This document shows positions 27,401-39,482 of a stretch of 64,000 nucleotides of DNA, one piece after another; the stretch's first letter is position 1, and each line of letters opens with the position of its first letter. The notes beneath the pieces are model-generated. The model had not been told where the DNA came from, made no database searches, and saw nothing but the letters and a program-made list of their open reading frames with translations. Source of the DNA: Phoronis australis (lineage: Eukaryota; Animalia; Phoronida). Location: NCBI GenBank assembly GCA_002633005.1, contig NMRA01000400.1, positions 62,001 through 126,000 of the forward strand, written 5' to 3'. The position numbers and the translations under genes were made by a program.

Positions 27401-30400
27401 TCATGTTGCTACGAGTTAATTTAAAAATATTTCACCGTATTATTCCAAACAAGCTTAGCTTTTGAAAATGTGGAATTTATAGCAAAGGTTTATTGTTATT
27501 ATGCACTGCTCTCTAAAATGATGTTGGGAGTTATTATGGAAATGTTCCACTTTTACATGATTGGCTATCAAAGTAGAATTTTAATTTTTTATGAAAAAAA
27601 TACTAGTAAAATCTGCTTTTGAGATGTCATCATGAAAATTTATGAGATTTAATTCCTGGATACTGTTATTTTGTTAATATTGTACTGTAATGTCTTTTTT
27701 TTTTAAATTTTACTATAATATAAAAGGCATGGCCACGTGACCCAAATACCGATCAAGTGCATTCTTGGTATTAAATAGAATATCAAAGGTTTCATGTACT
27801 TTAAGAAAATGTTTTACTTTCACTAACAGAGTTGAGTTCTACAGTGTTGTGGATGTATGACTAAATGCACAGACGTGCGGTTAAGTCTTTAAAAACACGA
27901 CTTATTTTTAGAATTGATGGTTACATTGTGTGTGAAGAGATGAAGGACACCCTGCTGGCTGCATGGAACCAGGAACAGGAGATAATCCAGGAAAAGGAGA
28001 CTCAGGTAAGTTTGTGGATAGAGCTAGTCACGAGTGCTTGTTACATTAAACCATGTACCCTTATTGTGAACTGCTTGGGATCTACCGTGGGCCACTGCAT
28101 TGCTGTCTTTACTCTGCAGTTTTTTGTTTAATACAGCCATGTCATTTCTGAGGTTCATAGGATGCTGTATTTGCCAAAAATATTCGGACAACCCTTTTTT
28201 CCCACCATGATGGGCAAGGGTAATGACCTGTCCTCACTGTCTTGTTCTTGCTTCCGTGATCATAAATTTCACTTGCACCCAACCATCACTGAATGATCAC
28301 GGGTACTCTTGTTTATTTTAAGGTATTTTTTGCATGGACTGTAAGCATCTGCATTTACATAAAGTAAGATTTTTTCAATTTGAATTGTAAAAGGTTTTCA
28401 TATTAAAGAACTTCAAATTCTTTTTCGGTCAGAAAAGAGAAGCATTATTTTTGCAATTCGCCATGACTGCAAGTGCCAAGTACTAAAGTCTTCTTCAGCC
28501 TCATACAGAAAGCATGCTGGGTTTGAATTAAACAAAAACTTGAAGGTGATAAGTTGGGCAAAATTAGTGTTGAGAATGTACTGAAACTGTCCATTAGTAT
28601 TTTCAAACACAATTGCTCCTTTGTTGCTATTTTCAAACATGAATGCTCCTTTGTTACTATTTTCAAACATCATTGCTCCTTTGTTGCTATTTTCAACCAT
28701 GATTGTTCCTTTGTTGCTATTTTCAAACATGAATGCTCCTTTGTTACTATTTTCAAACATCATTGGTCCTTTGTTGCTATTTTCAAACATGACTGTTCCT
28801 ATGATTTAAGAAAAGGGAGAAGCGAGTGATAGAGCACTGGACAACATTAACACGTGGACTGTTGATTAGAGAGAGGCTGGAGAAAAAGTATAACCTGCAG
28901 GTATGTGCAACAGTGTGCTTAACGATTTGTTTCATGGAAGGAGAATGAGGCTCAACTCAGAAGTTTCATATTGTGTTGATACACCTGTGCTGCAATTATG
29001 GAATGAAATTTTTGCTCAAGAATTGTTAGACCATCACATTTAATATACATCTTTTAACTTTGGTCCAGCCATGAGAATATATTTTGTGAGACTTGAGATT
29101 TTTTTTCAAAAATGTTGTAAAGCCTTGTTGTACCCATGAGGTTTGTTAAGTTGTTGAGAATTAGTCCGATTTGGTAATCATCAGGTTTCACAATAACACC
29201 TCAACTTATTGCAGCCGTCGGATTTGCTAAGTAGTATTATACCACAATATAGGCGTCAAATGACAGATACAACCGTGTAATAACCCATAAAGTTATCTCA
29301 CTAGTGAGATAACCATTTGGCGGGAAACCGAGGACGGAGTCGAACCCGGAACCTTGAGTTTGCTGGTCGCCGACCTTAACCACTACACCACGCAGCAGCA
29401 GACGTCATGAAGAGTGAAAATATAATACTTAAATGAGCACGCGCAATAATGGCACGTTCAACAAATCGCATTGTATTGAACGTATACGCTACGAGAAATA
29501 AGACACATAATTTCCATAAAAATGATATCTTAATTCAATGAAATATTTCTCTCATGTCCTCTTACTTGTAAATCACCGATCTCCAGTTTGAATGCGGGTA
29601 TCGTGTCGTCAGGATCTTTGGCTTGAGAATTATATTCAGTTACCAGTGGTAACCTACTTTAGCAGACGATAATTTCCNTGGTTACATTGTGTGTGAAGAG
29701 ATGAAGGACACCCTGCTGGCTGCATGGAACCAGGAACAGGAGATAATCCAGGAAAAGGAGACTCAGGTAAGTTTGTGGATAGAACTAGTCACGAGTGCTT
29801 GTTACATTAAACCATGTACCCTTATTGTGAACAGCTTGGGATCTACTGTGGGTCACTGCATTGCTGTCTTTACTCTGCAGTTTTTTGTTTAATACAGCCA
29901 TGTCATTTTTGAGGTTCATAGGATGCTGTATTTGCCAAAAATATTCGGACAACCCTTTTTTCCCACCATGATGGGCAAGGGTAATGACCTGTCCTTACTG
30001 TCTTGTTCTTGCTTCAGTGATCATAAATTTCACTTGCACTCAACCATCACTGAATGATCATGGGTACTCTTGTTTATTTTAAGGTATTTTTTGCATGGAC
30101 TGTAAGCATCTGCATTTACATAAAGTAAGATTTTTTCAATTTGAATTGTAAAAGGTTTTCATATTAAAAAACTTAGTCAAATTCTTTTTCGGTCAGAAAA
30201 GAGAAGCATTATTTTTGCAATTCGCCATGACTGCAAGTGCCAAGTACTAAAGTCTCCTTCAGCCTCATACAGAAAGCATGCTGGGTTTGAATTAAACAAA
30301 AACTTGAAGGTGATAAGTTGGGCGAAATTAGTGTTGAGAATGTACTGAAACTGTCCATTAGTATTTTCAAACACAATTGCTCCTTTGTTGCTATTTTCAA

Positions 30401-31182
30401 CCATGATTGTTCCTTTGTTGCTATTTTCAAACATGAATGCTCCTTTGTTACTATTTTCAAACATCATTGCTCCTTTGTTGCTATTTTCAACCATGATTGT
30501 TCCTTTGTTACTATTTTCAAACATGACTGTTCCTATGATTTAAGAAAAGGGAGAAGCGAGTGATAGAGCACTGGACAACATTAACACGTGGACTGTTGAT
30601 TAGAGAGAGGCTGGAGAAAAAGTATAACCTGCAGGTATGTACAACAGTGTGCTTAACGATCTGTTTCATGGAAAGAGAATGAGGCTCAACTCAGAAGTTT
30701 CATATTGTGCTGATACACTTGTGCTGCAATTATGGTATGAAATTTTTGCTCAAGAATTGTTAGACCATCACATTTAATATACATCTTTTAACTTCGGTCC
30801 AGCCATGAGAATATATTTTGTGAGACTTGAGATTTTTTTTCAAAAATGTTGTAAAGCCTTGTTGTACCCATGAGGTTTGTTAAGTTGTTGAGAATTAGTC
30901 CGATTTGGTAATCATCAGGTTTCACAATAAAACCTCAACTTATTGCTGCCGTCGGATTTGCTAAGTAGTAATATCCTTTGCCCTCATCCAGTAGTTTATG
31001 TTACTTTGTATTGATTTGCTTGTTGGTGTTGTTAGAAAAAGCCAGAATCATTGACCACAGACAAGACTGAAAAGGCTACTGACGTTGAGGCATCTTGGCC
31101 AAGAAACCGAGAGACAAAGAAACCAGCAGGCAAGAAGAGTAAGAAAGAGCAAGCGCATCTGTTTCCATTTGAAAAGATGTGA
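15463..31182 (+). CDS. XPC: DNA damage recognition factor XPC (Rad4 family), ~967 aa, 18 coding exons
   Basis: Exons: 15463-16186, 16759-16843, 17733-17823, 18328-18543, 18721-18786, 18949-19400, 19878-19990, 20648-20698, 20975-21067, 22286-22441, 23847-23904, 24841-24997, 25439-25573, 26370-26451, 27028-27121, 27912-28005, 28811-28900, 31036-31182; phases are consistent (2904 nt). Motifs: [92 protein letters not shown]-terminal HLFPFEKM*. The start codon is tentative because an acceptor lies just upstream (15455). Confidence 0.95.
16975..17266. mobile_element. MITE-like element with ~70-bp terminal inverted repeats (XPC intron)
   Basis: ATTGCTATCTATGGACGGCCTGGTTTATTTGAGAACCTAGCTTTCG... is mirrored by ...CGAAAGCTAGGTTCTCAAATATAACCAGGCCGCTGATAGATAGCAAT. 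Confidence 0.8.
17923..18046 (+). pseudogene. Decayed partial duplicate of XPC coding exon 4 (pseudo-exon)
   Basis: 17938-18046 aligns codon by codon to 18373-18483 ([36 protein letters not shown] vs [37 protein letters not shown]) with a 2-nt deletion. Confidence 0.85.
21661..21855 (+). mobile_element. tRNA-derived SINE-like repeat (family A)
   Basis: A-box-like GGCCCAGTGG, B-box GGTTCGAGTC, and a body similar to 580-770. Confidence 0.6.
23351..23387. repeat. 11-bp tandem repeat (CACTAGTCTGG) x ~3.3
   Basis: Read directly from the sequence. Confidence 0.9.
28597..28805. repeat. 30-bp minisatellite, ~7 units
   Basis: Unit CTATTTTCAAMCATSAWTGYTCCTTTGTTR; it ends just before the acceptor of XPC exon 28811. 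Confidence 0.95.
29326..29400 (-). mobile_element. tRNA-like SINE head inside a copy-specific insertion (~29237-29677)
   Basis: TGGTGTAGTGGTTAAGG (A box) and GGGTTCGACTCC (B box). The acceptor and T stems do not pair properly, so this is not a functional tRNA. A perfect 22-bp palindrome lies next to it at 29292-29313. Confidence 0.55.
29679..30970 (+). repeat. Near-identical duplicate of 27918-29236 (XPC exons 16-17), starting right after a single N; probable haplotig overlap
   Basis: N at 29678. The copy starts 6 nt inside exon 16 and so lacks its acceptor. It differs by scattered SNPs, a 3-nt indel and one minisatellite unit (1319 vs 1292 bp). Duplicate exons are at 29679-29766 and 30545-30634. 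Confidence 0.9.
30361..30540. repeat. 30-bp minisatellite, 6 units (second copy)
   Basis: Same unit as 28597-28805, with a different unit number and order. Confidence 0.95.
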
Positions 31183-33987
31183 GATTGATGGCTTATTTCA
31201 GTTCACTTAGTCATGTGCTTTACCTCAGCTGATAGTTATGTACAAAAGTTCAACTTTTAGATTTAAAAATAATCATTTCACTTTGCTTGATTGTTTACCT
31301 ATGAAGACTTTCATTTGTTTTTTCAAATAATTTAGGAGGTGCGAAATTAGGCGAGTGTGCGAAATCAGTAGGGAATTACTGTATGTATTGAAATTCTGTT
31401 GTAGGTTATCAAACTAGTCAAGGACATATGGTGCAGTGTTTCTGTTTCGAATTGTTGAATATCATTGAAAGATGTTTTGTTTGCACTCTATTATTCACCC
31501 GTAGAGGAATGGGACTCAAAACTTCTATTAAAAGGAATCTCTCTGACATTAATGCCAACAGTAAAAGACAATTTAAAGTGGAATTAAGCATGTGATTACT
31601 GTGAAAAAAAGAGCTCTGAAAGACCTAATTATTTTTTTCTCTGACCAAGCTTTAAAAAATACAAACTTGTCAGTTCCTTGCAAATTCAGAAATCTTACAA
31701 ATTGAGACCCATTGCATAGGGCTTACCGTTAAGTGGCCTAAAATCAAGATGATTTTTTTTAGACTAGAATTACTGGTTTAATGCCACATTGGGTTGAAGT
31801 TGGTATTATATTACTGTATTTTCCAGACATTGTCAAGTATTTCTTTGTAATTGTGTCCATCCTTTCTTTCCAGTAAGTTTTAGATACATGTTCTGAAGTA
31901 ATGGCTGTAAATACTGCATCTTTTTGTCTCAAGTTTGTGGAACTTCAAAGCAAACTAATCTGCTAATGATTAACACTGTTCTTCAAGATTGAGTCATTAA
32001 AGATAGCTTGAAAATAGAAATGTAGAGTATTAGGTACGGTAAAATTTCACCAATTTCGTTGTTATGAATGCCTGCAATTTCTCAGCATCATTGTCTGCTG
32101 GTAGCTATAACATATCTAGTAGTACTTTTAAGATATTAAAATATCTTTTATAAAAGACAAAACAAAATTTTATCTTGTCATACACATTGTGTCCTTTACC
32201 GTAGTTCATAAACTCGTCAGTTATTACTAAATGTAGTTTCACAGTGTTACAAGTCATTGTAGTATCATCCACAATGGTCTCTGAACCAGCATATCTAGCT
32301 CTTCGTATTACCACAAAAGTCGTTTATTCTTTAAAACTACAAATTACTTTTTACCACCATGTTTGTGCTCATTAAGGCTCATTTGCCTTATAGTAAATAC
32401 AAGTAATTCACATTGCAACAAAATTCGGTCAAGTGTTTTGCACACAGAAGTTTCACTTTAAGGCATATGTCTTCAATGAGTTTTTTTGGTATCTGTTAAT
32501 TTGTAATATTGTAGGAAAACTTGAAAGAGTATGGGTAAAAAGCGACACAAGAAACACCCAGCGTGAGACTAGTACATTATAAATAGAAGAGACAATGCCT
32601 TGCACCTATAAGTGAAGATTGGGCGCATGTCCCTGTGTACAAAACATTGAGTAAAAAGTTTTTAAAAAATGCATAGGTGTGCAGGCATACGAGCACATAA
32701 TATATGTTATGCAAATCAAGATAATTAGTTGGTCTCTCAGGTAATTAAAAGATATTTTCTAAATAAACGTATTTTTGTATGACTTGTCATATATGTTGTG
32801 TACTTTTATACCTACCTTAAAAATTGTGATCTCATTGCCATAAAACACCAAAAATTAAACAATCTGGGGATTTCTGCGGAGACCCTCAAATTTAGGCCAT
32901 TATGTGGAAAATTTTCCTAAAAATTCATCACATTTTGGGCTACAAAGCAATTGTTTTATTACACCCTTTGAATTTTGAATAGCCCAACTTGGAATGGTTG
33001 TTAATGAGTGCTATTTTTGAAACTATGTCCAGGCTTATAACTGGGGTACATGTACTACACGTAGAAAGGTAATTATATGCAAATTTTTAATTAACACCTT
33101 GGGGCTTCCCATCAGAAATTCTTGGTAGTATATAAAACCAAAGCTATCAACTTGATATTTCATGTTGCTTAGGCAATCTAATAAATGATTCCTATATTTC
33201 TGGGCTTGGGAGGGATGGACAATTCTCGTCACTTAAACTGATGCGCCGTGACCGGCCAAGTTGACGAGTGTGGCATCGAGCAACATAGAACTGATCTTAC
33301 CAAGCGAAGAAATCACCACCTTGGATGTGGGAATAATTTGGGACCAATTAAAAGTGGGTGAGTGGGTGGGTTTACTTAACCCCCCCGTATTTCCAGTGGT
33401 GACAGACAAGTTTTTGACACATACTTTGACAGAAGCCAAGAATAGTACAGATGTGATTTCACATCTAATCTAATTTATCGCACCTAGACAAAAGTCTGGA
33501 TTGGGGCTAGCCCTGATCTAACCGCACATCAAAACCCATATCCAGACGCAGTTTAATCATGTTCGATAGGAACAGATTTTTGATCAGCACCGCAGTTTTT
33601 AATTTTTCTTGAATGACAAGATACAAATAAGCTAAAATCAGCAGCTATCAAGTATGTCCTAGCTTGATACCAATAGGAATAAAAAGAGAAATAGAATGCG
33701 TTGCTGATTTGCTATGACAGTATAAGCAAACCATGAGTGCACTAATTCTTTTTAAAAAACGATATTAATTAACTTCTCATTCTGTTCCCATTTTCTCATG
33801 ACATCAACAACTAATGACACAATTTTGTCAAATGTTTTTAAAAAAACTCATTTATTAGGAAACACTTGACTTGAGAATCATGGGTAGCTGTTGTATTTTA
33901 ATAATAGTGCAAGTCTAGATCAGTTCAAAATATCAATTGTTGAGGTCACATTTCTGCATTAAGACGAGTCTTTAGCATGTCTATATG

Positions 33988-36116
33988 TCAGGTTTTGTCT
34001 TGTCCTGTATCAGAAACATTGGTGACATTCTCACATTCTTTCGTATTTGTCTTTTTCTTTTCCTCGTTTGCATTTTTATCCAAAACCAATTCAGTCACAT
34101 TGATCTTGCTAGATTCATCAAGGCTAGAGTTATCTCCTCCACTGTTCTTTGTCTCGAAGTTATCTCCTCCAAGCTCACTCCCATTAGAGATCTCTCTCCT
34201 GTTCTCTTGCAAATTTGCTTGGTTCAGCTTCTGCGCTTCTTTTCGCATCTTTTCTTTTTCTTCCTCCACCAACTGGTCGAAATTCTGTAAGAAATGTGTA
34301 GCTGAATGGAGTGTTCATTACAAAACAAGATTCCGGGAAGTAGGGGGTTGAGGCTTGGTGTTGGCATAATGTAACAGACCCTTTAGAAATAAACTGGACA
34401 GACTTCAACAGAATTCTGTCAGAGTGCTAAAATTGGACAAACTTCTTGCTAGGAATTATTTGGTAATTTAGACAAACATCTGTCAAAATAAAATGACATT
34501 TTTCATGAACTTTAGTGCGACCTTTATGTGCCTAGCCGCTAAATGTTTAATTTGTAAAGGGACTCGCAAAGGAAGTTGTCGCGATTTCGATTAAGGTCAC
34601 AGAGCCACACCTGTTGAGATTTTGTCGAGAATTTTTAGGAAATGAAATGTAGATCTTTACATAGGTGCATCAAAACTTTGACGACTTTCAGAAGCCAAAT
34701 TCAATCATTGTGAAGGTCGTCTTACCTCATGACTGAGAATACAGAGGGAATTAAAAAAAAGTTAGTAAGGTGTATAAACCATTTTGTACAATTTAGGCAC
34801 TCTAATAGTTTTTATTACTAGTTATTTTCCTGTTTATAAAATGAGCCATCATGATGGAGCAACGGAATTTTTGCATTTCTTTTGACTCGTACTTTATTCC
34901 AGTCGAGTGCACTACGGCCATGTGACATTATTTTCCGTATTCACCTCCCGCACTACTTCAACAGTGACCTCTAACATGAAAAGTTCAAAAGGTAGGTCAA
35001 TGCTGACTAGATGTCATTAGCCGGTTTGATTATAAAACTTTCGAAAATATTTTAAAGTGATACAATAACAGCAGTATAAATAACACTCAACATGCAATCA
35101 GGTACCAAATGATACAACTGGTACAAAACACAATTAGGTGACATTTCTGTCTCAGTTTTCAATTGCTAAATATAATATAGTCTGCAACTCAGGCGCCGAT
35201 TCCTCGGTAACTGCAAAATCAAATTGTGTAGTTATTTAACTGTTTTCAGGAAATGTTACAAGTTCAATGCACAATTACCGTGTTTTCATCATCTCTTTTC
35301 AAGTGTCGGCAATAAATCGTTACATTTCTGTTTCTATTACTGGAGAAAACCTAATACGCAAGTACATACATATGGGATGTGATCCGCCACGTGAACAGTT
35401 TGGGTGAAGTATTTAAAAAATCTGCAGGAAAAATGAAAGAAAGTATAAGGAATTCGAAGCGCATGGGATAAACACATTATTTCGTGACCTCGATTGATAT
35501 GCGGAGTAACGTCTCGTGGCATGTTACTTCATCTACGCCACTCTCGGTACATTTTGTGTATGTATAAACATTCCTTCCATCACAAAAAACGTTTGGTTTA
35601 CAGTTGTCACTGCTTATCACTTCTTATCTATGTTAGGAACAAGTTGAGACCAGTTTTATAGCAATACGTGGTCTCAATTAAAAGTTCCAATCTTGGACAG
35701 AACGCTGGGATTCATAACCGCTATAAAGACAAAGTGGTGAGAATGTCAACAAACACTCAACCAGCAAGTTCACTACTCATCGACAAAGTTTTTGAGAACC
35801 TGCAGTGTTTTTCACTGACGAAGCAGGATACTTGTATCTTGTTTCACAAAAAATTTGCCATCTTTCCAAGGATCCGCCACGACAGGTAGTTTTTCTTTGA
35901 TTACCACCACAATTTTCACCATAACTTCAGAACAGAGCAAGAAAACTTAGGTTATAAGAATTCGTCAACTTGCTGAAAACTACAACCGCAACATTACGTA
36001 AGAAGTACCTTCATTGGCCTGTAGATGGAGTGCACAGTCTGCGAGCCAAGCATCATGGAGAACAGTGCCGCTGAGGAAGCTGCAATATAACGTGGCCACG
36101 AGACTCCAGCAGGCAT
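33988..36116 (-). CDS. UQCC6: Complex III assembly factor UQCC6 / Brawnin (C12orf73, Drosophila sloth2), 2 coding exons, ~134 aa
   Basis: Exon 36116-36009 encodes MPAGVSWPRYIAASSAALFSMMLGSQTVHSIYRPMK, with the family signature MPAGVS.....G...VH..Y(R/K)P. A phase-0 GT donor joins the TTTCTTACAG acceptor of exon 34284-33988 (NFDQLVEEEKEK...QDKT*). AATAAA on the minus strand at 33856-33851. The first exon is secure; the second-exon join is inferred. Confidence 0.88.
34931..35555. repeat. Dispersed repeat (family B) in the UQCC6 intron
   Basis: Colinear similarity over ~600 bp to 52768-53490 (TTTTCCGTATTCACCTCCCG..ACTTCAACAGTGACCTCT..; CCACTCTCGGTAC). Confidence 0.85.
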
Positions 36117-36208
36117 TGTAAATATCTGTACTTTCGGCAGAACCTCCTATTAGGAAGACACCAAATTTCCACAATACCAGCTTGGAGTTAGTTCAAGCAA
36201 TCTGTAAG

Positions 36209-37868
36209 TTAGCTAACCGACGCCACCTTTTGGGCATCCAGCTCCAGTTGCAACTGCCTGGCTGCTTCTTGTCGTACTTGCTTCTTGAGGAAAACTGAGT
36301 CTGGAAAAATCGAGGGTTTCTTAGTGGCAAAGACAAGGAACATAACAGGCTGAACTAACTATAATGGTGATTTTATTTCACAGCAAGTTTAAAAAGCCTG
36401 AGGGGCCTTTAGTCCTCATTTTTCATCTCACTAGTCGATATTTGAATTATAAAGTTGGCAAGTAGCCCAGTGCATACTGTAAGTTAAACACTGTTAACAA
36501 AAGGGCCTATAATGCAAAGATTCCAAATCCAGAATAAAACGTTCTTCAAGGAAGTTTGTAATCGTTTGCAACATCACAGTAGAACAGTTCAATGGTCAAT
36601 GTTTATTTAATGATAGTGACCTTTGAACTATTAATAGTCCTCTCATACCTCTATCTATACGCCAGTGAATGGTCAATTGTTGATATAATGGCGGCTATGA
36701 ATATGCATGTCACTAGATGGCGATTGAGTAGTTGCTGGACAGCATTCAGCATTTTTAAATGGGGATAAGATGCAGTGTGATTAATCCTAGCAATTTATGC
36801 AAATTCTTTGCCACCATTCTACCCGCAAATTACCGGTGTTGTGCAGCAATGCATTCAAAGAATTCACACAAAAATGTCTAACATCACAAAACTGATCAAA
36901 GTAACAAAATGTCCACGAAGAAAAAAATTTCAATTTGTCCCAGCCAACTCAGTCAGTCTTCCATGAACGGGGATTGGATACTGCAGCGAGCGACAGTCCT
37001 AAAACAATAGCTAGATTTGCATGTCAAATATTTGGAATTTAGAAGTCATTCTGACTGACAGGCAAAGAAACCAGTGCAAAATAAATCTTTCAGTCCCAAT
37101 GTCTACAGACAACAATAATTGGCCAAAACTTTTCTCATAGATAATTAGAATGCAGGATTGTCCCTGAGAACAACAGCAAGCAAGGTGTAAATTACGCATA
37201 GCGTTTTTGCATCCAAATTTCCTTTCTGTTAAATTCAGAAAAACAGCAGTTATGATTACATATTAATTTCACTTGCTGGGCATGTCACTATCAATTTCAC
37301 GGCAAAATAATAAAACTAAGTAACACTAAGTAACACCATTAAAATCATTTCTCCTGCAACTGTCAAACATGGTACACACCACGTTTGACTCCATTGTAGG
37401 GAGAACACTGGTATGTTACAAATCTTAGTGTGAAAATTCTTCAATTTGGGACAAAACAGTTATTGCTAAAATTGTCGTATTTCTATTTTTCAGAGGCTTA
37501 CCATATTGTTACTAATGCTCAAAATTTTACAATACTTTGTTTGTAATGGCTACACCATACAAACTACTCTAAGAGCAAACAGTAAATTTTCCCGAAAGCT
37601 TTTTTATTTTTAATGAGAAATTTGAATATAAAAATGAAATTACGCCTGTCCACCATAAAGCGCCCCAAACTGAAGAATTTTTATCATGACATAAATACGT
37701 ACAAAAATTGACTTCTCCAACTTTCCAGTTGATCATAGAAAACTCCAGTGCTGCTCCCAAAGTGAAAAACAGAGGCATGAAACGATAAATGCCAAATCTT
37801 TTCTTCCCCGGCCACTTATCCACTAGTGTCTTAAATCGCAGACTCAACAAACCTTTATCAAACTTCAT
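36209..37868 (-). CDS. UQCC5: Complex III assembly factor UQCC5 / SMIM4 (Drosophila sloth1), 2 coding exons, 85 aa
   Basis: Exon 37868-37703 encodes MKFDKG...WPGKKRFGIYRFMPLFFTLGAALEFSMINWKVGEVNF, with the family signature PGK.RFG.YRF.P.FF.LG..E..MI...VG...F. A phase-1 intron leads to exon 36300-36209 (YSVFLKKQVRQEAARQLQLELDAQKVASVS*). An acceptor at 37890 implies a 5' non-coding exon. Confidence 0.93.
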
Positions 37869-38248
37869 AATATTGAGACGTCCTACAACCTGAAAATATA
37901 AAACAAAATATTTTAAAATGACCTACAACGAACAAATTTTCCCAGCAGGATCACAGACTTACATAAAATTTTCCCCATCCCTATCTTGAACGAGCAACCT
38001 ACAGCAATGGTGTAGAAATTCAAAGTAGCAACTTAACATGACAAAACCACCAAGACTGAATGCTCAAGTAAGGAGCACTGACCACTAATGAAACAGCTTT
38101 AGATTAAAATGACAAGAGCATGTGGGGCCACAAAATCAAAATTTCTCATTATAAAAATGTCCACAATTCAACAATGCAATCCATACAATTCTCTCCCCAT
38201 GCTCCACTACTCCGTTTTCGACAGAGTATTTCAATTTGATGTTTTATT

Positions 38249-38316
38249 CATGGGTGGCGCACCGTAGGAGGCTGATGGGGCTATAGCCCCATTTTTTCAA
38301 TGCTGCGCCACCCATG
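38249..38316. repeat. Miniature hairpin element, 13-bp inverted ends
   Basis: CATGGGTGGCGCA ... TGCGCCACCCATG, with an internal palindrome TGGGGCTATAGCCCCA. Confidence 0.6.
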
Positions 38317-39482
38317 TTGTACTGACATTAAGATCTATGTTCAATAACATGTATTGCAGTGTTTCAAACCGATTTGCATTTTATGCTCACCAAAGATTGT
38401 TTATTTAGTATCTGTCATATATACGAGGTTTGAAATTGTCACTCATGAGAGTAATGATATTTATAATTGCCAAACTTGTACAATATACAATTTCTTGTCT
38501 ATTTGATGGAAAAGGTATTCTGATTCGGATGATTTTGTCTTTTATGGTGTACTATGTCTGTCACGTCTTGCTTTTCTAACTACCATCAACACTTGGACTC
38601 ATTCATGTGTTCTACAAGTTCAAGGATCACCTGGACAAACTTTCACCAGTCAAACGAGCTGTCTTGTCGCTAGCAAAACTTACCGGTAAGTATTTTGATC
38701 TATTTTCTCATACAATAGTTGAAACCCTTTCAAAGCTCAAGAAAATATGCTTAATCATTGAGTATACTTTAACAGAAACCACCATGATACCATGATACAA
38801 ATTACATGCGATTCAAATGCAAAAGTACAAAATATTTAATCAGCCAGCTGAGGGGCAACAACACTCTCAATTGGTACCTGTTTTAATTTCATCCTGTATA
38901 TTTTAAACAGGCGGAGGCTAAATCCGCTAACCAAATAAGAGGTTTTCACCTTGTCAAAATACAATTTACAATCAAAATTGACACTTAAAACGTGCTCAAG
39001 ATGATTTTAATGAAGAATGTCAACCCTACTTTTTTGTCACCGTTAACTTTTTCACCGCAGGCAAAATAACCACAAAGTATTTCAATTGATGTCACAAGAG
39101 TTAGGGCCATAACAAGGCATAAAAAAGACAAGACTGAGTGAAGTGTTCAACCTGATGGCCGACACTTGCAAACCAATAACACATCGTAAAGATATCCGGA
39201 GGAATTTGCATCTCTTCGAGTTGTTCATAAACGAGCGTAATTTCAAGTTACTTTTTCAAAATGGCACCTGGCGATGGACGCTTGACTGAAACTCGACACA
39301 TTTTCATGGATGTGTTCAAATTATGTTGACTAAATCATAGTATGTGTAATTTATAACTTATTTCACAAAAATGGAATCGTTTCATTCGATGTTATTCCCT
39401 GCATTTTGAAATGAGAAGCTTTATATGGCCATGGGGATATACCATTGGTACACGGTACACAGCTACACAGCCTACCCTAATT

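Noticed and set aside
28597-28805. CRISPR-like regular repeat
   Set aside because: Units are contiguous with no unique spacers, there are no cas genes, and the context is a eukaryotic intron.
28413-28829. Repetitive ORFs on both strands (MFENSNKG repeats), also at 30177-30563
   Set aside because: By-products of a stop-poor 30-bp intronic minisatellite; no sign of a gene.
29679-30634. Real tandem or mutually exclusive XPC exons
   Set aside because: The copy starts at an assembly N without an acceptor and differs only at allele-like levels; treated as a probable artefact.
35980-36174. ORF-track 64-aa minus-strand ORF
   Set aside because: It is the wrong frame over the Brawnin exon; the conserved peptide starts at 36116 in another frame.
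36009-36300. UQCC5-UQCC6 fusion by stop-codon readthrough
   Set aside because: The 92-nt spacer puts the ORFs out of frame, so simple readthrough cannot fuse them.
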